Below, in pieces: positions 61,101 through 64,000 of a stretch of 64,000 nucleotides of DNA. This DNA is from Raillietiella orientalis (taxonomy: Eukaryota). Position 1 is the stretch's first letter. Each line of letters opens with the position of its first letter. Location of the stretch: the NCBI GenBank assembly GCA_036172245.1, contig JAYWIR010000050.1:806001-870000 (forward strand). The letters are read 5' to 3'. Below the pieces are notes generated by a model, which saw only the letters and a program-made list of their open reading frames with translations, was not told where the DNA came from and did no database searches. The position numbers and the translations under genes are program-made.

Positions 61101-62300
61101 AAAATTTCATTCCACAACGGTTCCTTTTAGAAGGTATACGTGCCGCTCCCGAGGCAGTCGCCCTCTCCATGGCAACAGGGATCCATCAACACGGATGTCC
61201 TGCTCTGGAATACGCTGGGATTCGCGTCCTCCACGTTGGATTTTGTTTTTTTCCCCAAGCCGTTGCAATTTTAGGAACTCTGCTTCTTGAGGTCTCTTTC
61301 GAAGTCACTTTCGGTCATCTTCGAAATGGAAAGACGAAAGTTTCGTTTCCACCTCACGCAGGTCACTCTTTTGAAGCCAAAGCTCGGAAGCCTTAGTCGA
61401 GGGACCGAATCGGAGCTTTCGCCGAGGACCATTATTATTTTTCTTCCGTTAGGGCTTCAGTTGTGTGAAAAGAAAGACGAATTTTTCTGTTTGCTTGGCA
61501 AGCCTGACACCACCTCAACGAAAATGTTCACACAGGAAATGAGTGAGGCCGCTGCACGCTGCAGTCCCGATCAAAACACACACATGCAAATGAGATCTTC
61601 TTCGGAACTTTTTACGGAAATTTCGCATGTTCACGGCAAATGGTGTTTTTTTTTTTTTTTTTCCACATCCGTCACAGCGGCGCCTCTTCCAAAACGTGTA
61701 CGTACACACGTCAAGCTCGCTCGACAGCTTAAATCCTGCATCTTGAATGCAAATCAGCCATTTAAAATTTCGGGACAGCCCGGTGTCATGGCGCGCCGCG
61801 CAGCTTGCACGGTTGCCAGGTTTCGCTCATGCTGGCACGTGAAAAATCTTCCATCTGCCATCACGCTGCACATCGCTGCAGATTCTGGAGTGGATCTGCA
61901 TTGCACTACGAGTGAGAGGAGAGCAGCGTATGTCGCTGATAACGGGAAGCGCTGCAGGTGGAGGCTTCTGACCTGGAGCTAGCGGCTGCGATCCGTGCGT
62001 CGCTCTCGAACGACCGTTCGGGTCGGTTTGACTGACCTCGGTTTCGGTGGCGAGCGCTGCTCACTCCCGCTCATTCTCATTTCAGGCTTGAAAGTTTGTC
62101 CGTACCCTGGTTCGCTGATTGGAGGCACCGTCTCTTCCATCAAGTTCTTCTACAACATAGGGGAGCAGGTGGTTTTGAAATGCCTGGATGTTTTCTCGCT
62201 GCACGGACACAACACGTCGACGTGCCTCCGCAATGGCCAGTGGTCCCACAGCCTACCCAGGTGCTATCATAGCAAGAAGACGAAGGGAAGGATCCTCTGA
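14995..62300 (+). CDS. lev-9: Secreted WAP + 15 sushi/CCP + Ig protein (LEV-9/Hasp-like with Hikaru genki-type C-terminal half), 22 coding exons, 1222 aa
   Basis: GT-AG exons in frame (3669 nt): 14995-15085 (signal peptide MERGSSSGFLVAAAVLCSSLLLVPGFA), 22801-23013 (WAP), 27687-27863, 30205-30429, 34252-34428, 34478-34651, 37919-38095, 42576-42755, 42835-43008, 48112-48319, 48384-48466, 49053-49247, 51091-51226, 51274-51404, 52171-52310, 53798-53924, 53982-54141, 54186-54337, 54388-54561, 54618-54803, 54868-55041, 62086-62300. Family motifs: AKCFTYNGTAKWFGPDISC, YCPFPG..NGKILLVGYMGHYEYRPYVRRI, WKIVCERGSWVG, DKPPSILFRH..LHLECLW, CPYPG..SSIKFFY. The symbol indicates family only; exact orthology (lev-9, Hasp or hig) is unresolved. 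Confidence 0.9.
15950..16900 (-). mobile_element. Highly decayed CR1/Jockey-group LINE fragment
   Basis: Minus-strand remnant CLRLLRSPLVRSR..EYAFWEFP (cf. LYxSLVRSxLEYxxxVWxP) with downstream RHDLL; frames broken. Confidence 0.35.
17310..17810 (-). mobile_element. tRNA-headed SINE, diverged partial copy
   Basis: The minus strand has GCGTCGCGGGTTCGAATCCC, a second box GGGTTTCGAGTCCC, and hairpin modules (GCTCCCTTCGAGGAGC) collinear with copy 1. Confidence 0.75.
18022..18486. mobile_element. hAT (Charlie-like) MITE
   Basis: Left end CAGGGGTGTCAAAC followed by gggccgcatgcggccc subterminal motifs; degenerate right end ggttgaaacacctac; 8-bp flanks ctttacgt and gtgtacgt match at 6/8. Confidence 0.7.
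18810..19150. mobile_element. Foldback element A: inverted arms around an AT-rich/(TA)n core
   Basis: aatcccaaatatcgaaatcccgaagaatcacaa (18830-18862) versus the reverse complement of 19107-19139: 27/33 identical, mismatches all transitions. Confidence 0.75.
21550..21605 (+). mobile_element. Isolated retroelement 3' end: stem-loop plus (GAA)n tail
   Basis: ctgccatccatgggtggcag followed by aagaagaagaagaagaa; resembles the 3' ends of both the SINE and the RTE relics. Confidence 0.55.
22031..22560 (+). mobile_element. tRNA-headed SINE, diverged and internally shortened copy
   Basis: GGTTCCAATCCC and GGGTTTCGAGTC boxes, caggacgacgctgg core, GCTCCC-TTCG-GGGAGC hairpin, and the 3' block cccggggtacccccctaacctgaagag. 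Confidence 0.75.
22801..23013 (+). CDS. WAP-domain exon of the lev-9-like gene
   Basis: QCFRKCIHDDECKSKRKKCRCDGVCGMSCIKP; phase 1-1 exon bounded by ttccag and gtgag. Confidence 0.9.
25915..26475. mobile_element. Foldback element B
   Basis: ggaatctcgaaagaccataattaaaaaataat on the left mirrored by attatttttttattatctttcgagatttt on the right; AT-rich core. Confidence 0.7.
28864..29622 (-). mobile_element. tRNA-headed SINE, full-length copy 2
   Basis: Differs from 13145-13895 at about a dozen positions plus a short insertion next to the tail; no convincing TSD. Confidence 0.85.
30917..30958. repeat. Perfect 19-bp inverted repeat with a 4-nt loop
   Basis: ccatatggtcgacgccgag-ttgg-ctcggcgtcgaccatatgg. 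Confidence 0.95.
31030..31950 (-). mobile_element. Decayed RTE-clade LINE fragment, copy B (inverted, near-identical to copy A)
   Basis: Reverse complement of 8350-9265 with fewer than ~10 differences in the core; the same junk ORFs appear at both loci in the ORF track. Confidence 0.7.
32310..32520. repeat. CT-rich low-complexity tract
   Basis: Degenerate ctctt/ctact units; begins with tcttctcttctgccgccc, the reverse complement of a GAA-type tail. Confidence 0.7.
33660..33765. repeat. GA-rich low-complexity tract
   Basis: gaggaggaggaagaagaa...agaagaagaagag. Confidence 0.7.
34700..34825. repeat. (CTC/CTT)n low-complexity tract
   Basis: Pyrimidine-rich degenerate triplet repeat. Confidence 0.7.
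36200..37600 (-). mobile_element. Decayed 3' part of an L1/Tx1-clade LINE ORF2
   Basis: ALWDTGRSRVLLKNLCAPCRDGGLGLLKL (cf. FxWxxKxxRIxxxxLxxPxxxGGLGLPDL) at 37200-37297; upstream FCW..SLS and a downstream Cys-rich zf-RVT-like remnant near 36440-36540. Confidence 0.55.
39053..39066. promoter_or_regulatory. Perfect palindromic X-box (RFX site) consensus
   Basis: GTTTCC-AT-GGAAAC; intronic; function untested. Confidence 0.3.
39361..40116 (+). mobile_element. tRNA-headed SINE, diverged full-length copy
   Basis: Starts GCTCGCGTGG..GCGTCGCGGGTTCGAATCC, is collinear with copy 1 throughout, and ends ccccctaacttaaggag..caggtggcgtggaaga. Confidence 0.8.
40780..41300 (-). mobile_element. pogo/Tigger-like DDE transposase relic
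   Basis: Minus strand MDGHRGVMT, then after a frameshift VILIPRAT..FLQPL (cf. LDxxxGH..IPxxxTxxLQPLD); upstream VLCGK..EHPPG. Confidence 0.45.
41380..42410. mobile_element. Foldback element C with an expanded ~900-bp TA/TATG microsatellite core
   Basis: Left ggaatcccgaaggatcat and right ttaatggcctttcggcatttt; interior of degenerate tatg/catatttatgttcat repeats. Confidence 0.6.
43170..43950 (+). mobile_element. Decayed LINE reverse-transcriptase fragment
   Basis: MPPGVHVGALLLL (cf. GVPQGSVLGPLLF) and GVSWQFQDKLT (cf. LGVxxDxxLxW); frames broken. Confidence 0.3.
44150..44560 (-). mobile_element. Further decayed RTE-like fragment
   Basis: Minus strand PLYADRVCEEA (cf. NLYAExIMREA); locally similar to 8410-8520. 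Confidence 0.35.
45360..46100 (+). mobile_element. PIF/Harbinger transposase relic
   Basis: Remnants in order: FWIHQI, LRGQPAALGRKFQSV, and QAVDADKGIH..GSFFLRASKFH (cf. LRxLATGxSFxSL, GAxDGKHI..GSxFxNYKxFxS). Confidence 0.45.
51420..51625. repeat. Mixed triplet low-complexity tract (GAG/GCT/GAT)
   Basis: (gga)n, (gct)n and (gat/aat)n runs in the intron after exon 14. Confidence 0.7.
53798..55041 (+). CDS. Six-exon cluster encoding the end of CCP11, the Ig domain and CCP12-14 (Hig-type module)
   Basis: FRCRDIGKYAFSGSRTRVC..CEGLSQLHDYALDKPPSILFRH..LECLWLRKYGTPVW..LEYRVTI..EDSGNYTCTTP, then three C-C-C-W-C sushi repeats; introns 44-64 nt. Confidence 0.9.
55120..55315. mobile_element. Foldback element D (short, decayed)
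   Basis: gtcccggaagaccataaaaat on the left, aatcgttccggatttt on the right, AT-rich core. Confidence 0.5.
57600..57783. repeat. Degenerate 5-bp tandem repeat, (CCTAA/CCAAC)n
   Basis: caacctaacctcacccaac...cccaacctaacctgtctaatccaacctaacc. Confidence 0.7.
60270..61560 (-). mobile_element. piggyBac transposase relic (pseudogenised) in the last intron
   Basis: Minus strand in order: FHFEDD; IPEQDIRVDGSLLPWRGRL (cf. IDESLLLWKGRL); MGGVDRSD..RKRWYGKVFLHLFDVMCLKSYLLH (cf. MGGVDxxD..KWYKKxF); GCSENGVRKETRC (C-terminal Cys-rich domain). Stops and frameshifts present; no clear TIR or TTAA. Confidence 0.8.
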
Positions 62301-62497
62301 GCGTTTCAGCGTGGACAATCGATCTCGAGCGTCCCAGACGGCATCTGCGACGTGTTATCCCCGAATCGAATCGCATGCCCCTAAAAAAATATACGGGAAA
62401 CGCTTGATGAACGTCAAATTGTCTGGAGACAGAGGGAGGGTTTCTCGGCTTCCCCTCGCTTCGTACACTCCTCCCTTGCTGTCCTTGCTATAAAAAA

Positions 62498-62503
62498 AAT
62501 AAA
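62498..62503 (+). terminator. Probable polyadenylation signal of the lev-9-like gene
   Basis: AATAAA about 200 nt after the stop at 62300, inside an A-rich run. Confidence 0.45.
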
Positions 62504-64000
62504 AATGAAAAAAAAAAAAAAAAGAGGGGATGTACGAAACGGCCCCACACGACCCTTGGTTTCACCGATGCTGTGCGCATTTCTTTTTCGTGTGTGCGTG
62601 CGTGTTTTGCTTCGGAGGAAACAGGGGAAAGGGGTGACGCTGCGCGCTGTTGAGGGGGTGGACCTTTGGTTTGACCGATCTGCGGGGGCAGGCAGTGCGT
62701 TGAAGATGGAACGACCGGGGAAGGCCACGCCCGAATTTTCCTATCCGGAGTGGCTTTCGAGCGCAGCCTCACTAAAATCCCAGGTGCCACACTGCACCGC
62801 CTACGACCGAAGGCTTCCCAGAATGGCACGCACGCGCAGCTCCGATCGCATGGGGGTAGCGCTAGACGTAGAGGAACGGGAAAGAGCTCCGGTTTCCCTG
62901 GATGGCTCTGCATCCCTGCGGCGAGGAAGTTTGCCGAAATGAAGCCGCGTTCCACCCGTCGGAGCAGATGATGGGCGCACCCGCCCATTAAAGTGGAGAG
63001 AGTTGGCTCTGCTGCTGGACTGGGGGGTTCCGTGCAACGCCTGCCGGCATCACTGGACACGGGGGGGGGGAGGGTGATCCCGAACTGTGCCGGGTGTGAG
63101 GAGCTCGCATCCCTCACCCAGCCTGCCTGCGGATTGTGTTGCCCTCCAGCCCTCTGGGAACGCTTCGCCGCGTCCCTAGGAACCCCCAGCGGCAACCCCA
63201 GAAACTCTTTACGACCTCCTCCTTCAACGCGACGCCCTTCGGCTGGCAGCCTCACTAGCGTAGACTCCTCCCTGCTGTCTACGCGCGATCGTCGCTAACT
63301 GGAGCGACGCAAGAGGACCTAGCGACAGGCGTGCCACATCCACTTCGCCGTCTGCTTCATGAGGATGGCAGCGATATGGCCCCACCTGGAAAACAACATC
63401 CAGGAAGACCTTGCCGGCATCCTCCAAAGAATCAAGGGGACCGTCCCCAGCAGACTGTGACCCCTATCTCCAAATTGTTTTATTTTTGTTTTGTTTCATT
63501 TTCTTTTTGTTTGGCCCCTCCCCTCTGCTGCTGAGGTGGACCTCACCAGTCTGCTAACCGGTAAGACGACAGGTTAGATCCACATAAAGGATATGGTTGG
63601 ATCACTGGTCCATCCACACTGTAAATATTTATTTTATTTTTAGATAAAGGCCCCGGCGAACCTGGGTGGAAACGCCACAACCGTTTCGGGACGCGGAACG
63701 AAAACGAACCTACAGGCGGTTGGAACGATAGCCTGGAGAGAGACCTGCCATTGCACTTCGAAACACGAGGAGGGCGACCTCCTCACTTTTTAACAAAGAG
63801 GAATCCCGAGTGGCTCGAACTCTGGGAAGTGGCAACCTTCAAGAAGAGCTCTGAACGCCGTGCGGGAACGAGGAAGCCCAGCTCCACGTGCTCCCCTGGG
63901 AAACTGATCGGAAAACGCCAAAGGCGATGGCGGGCAGCATAAGAAGCGAGGTCCTGGAGAAGGAGGAGGGCCGAGCCACAGGCGTGCCACATCCGCTTCG

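Overview
Eukaryotic invertebrate genomic DNA, probably ecdysozoan; the species cannot be fixed from sequence alone. I reconstructed two spliced genes by hand. (1) A compact 10-exon ZMYND10 on the minus strand (1001-2838, 434 aa, mostly 40-49 nt introns), lying tail-to-tail with the probable last exon of an unidentified plus-strand gene. (2) A 47-kb, 22-coding-exon plus-strand gene (14995-62300, 1222 aa) for a secreted protein: signal peptide, WAP, 8 CCP, basic linker, 3 CCP, Ig, 4 CCP. This is a LEV-9/Hasp-type N-half joined to a Hikaru-genki-type C-half. Introns and the upstream region are full of repeats. The most striking is an apparently uncharacterised ~750-bp tRNA-headed SINE (5 copies, one with a 12-bp TSD) carrying an internal array of ~40-nt TTCG-loop hairpin modules and an RTE-like stem-loop/GAA tail. 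There are also two near-identical inverted copies of a decayed RTE LINE, a foldback family with AT-rich cores, a hAT MITE, and piggyBac, pogo, Harbinger, Tx1/L1 and CR1-like relics. A sharp CpG-poor to CpG-rich switch lies inside ZMYND10. Most long ORFs in the supplied track are artefacts of GC-rich non-coding DNA. All homology calls are from recalled motifs, not database searches.
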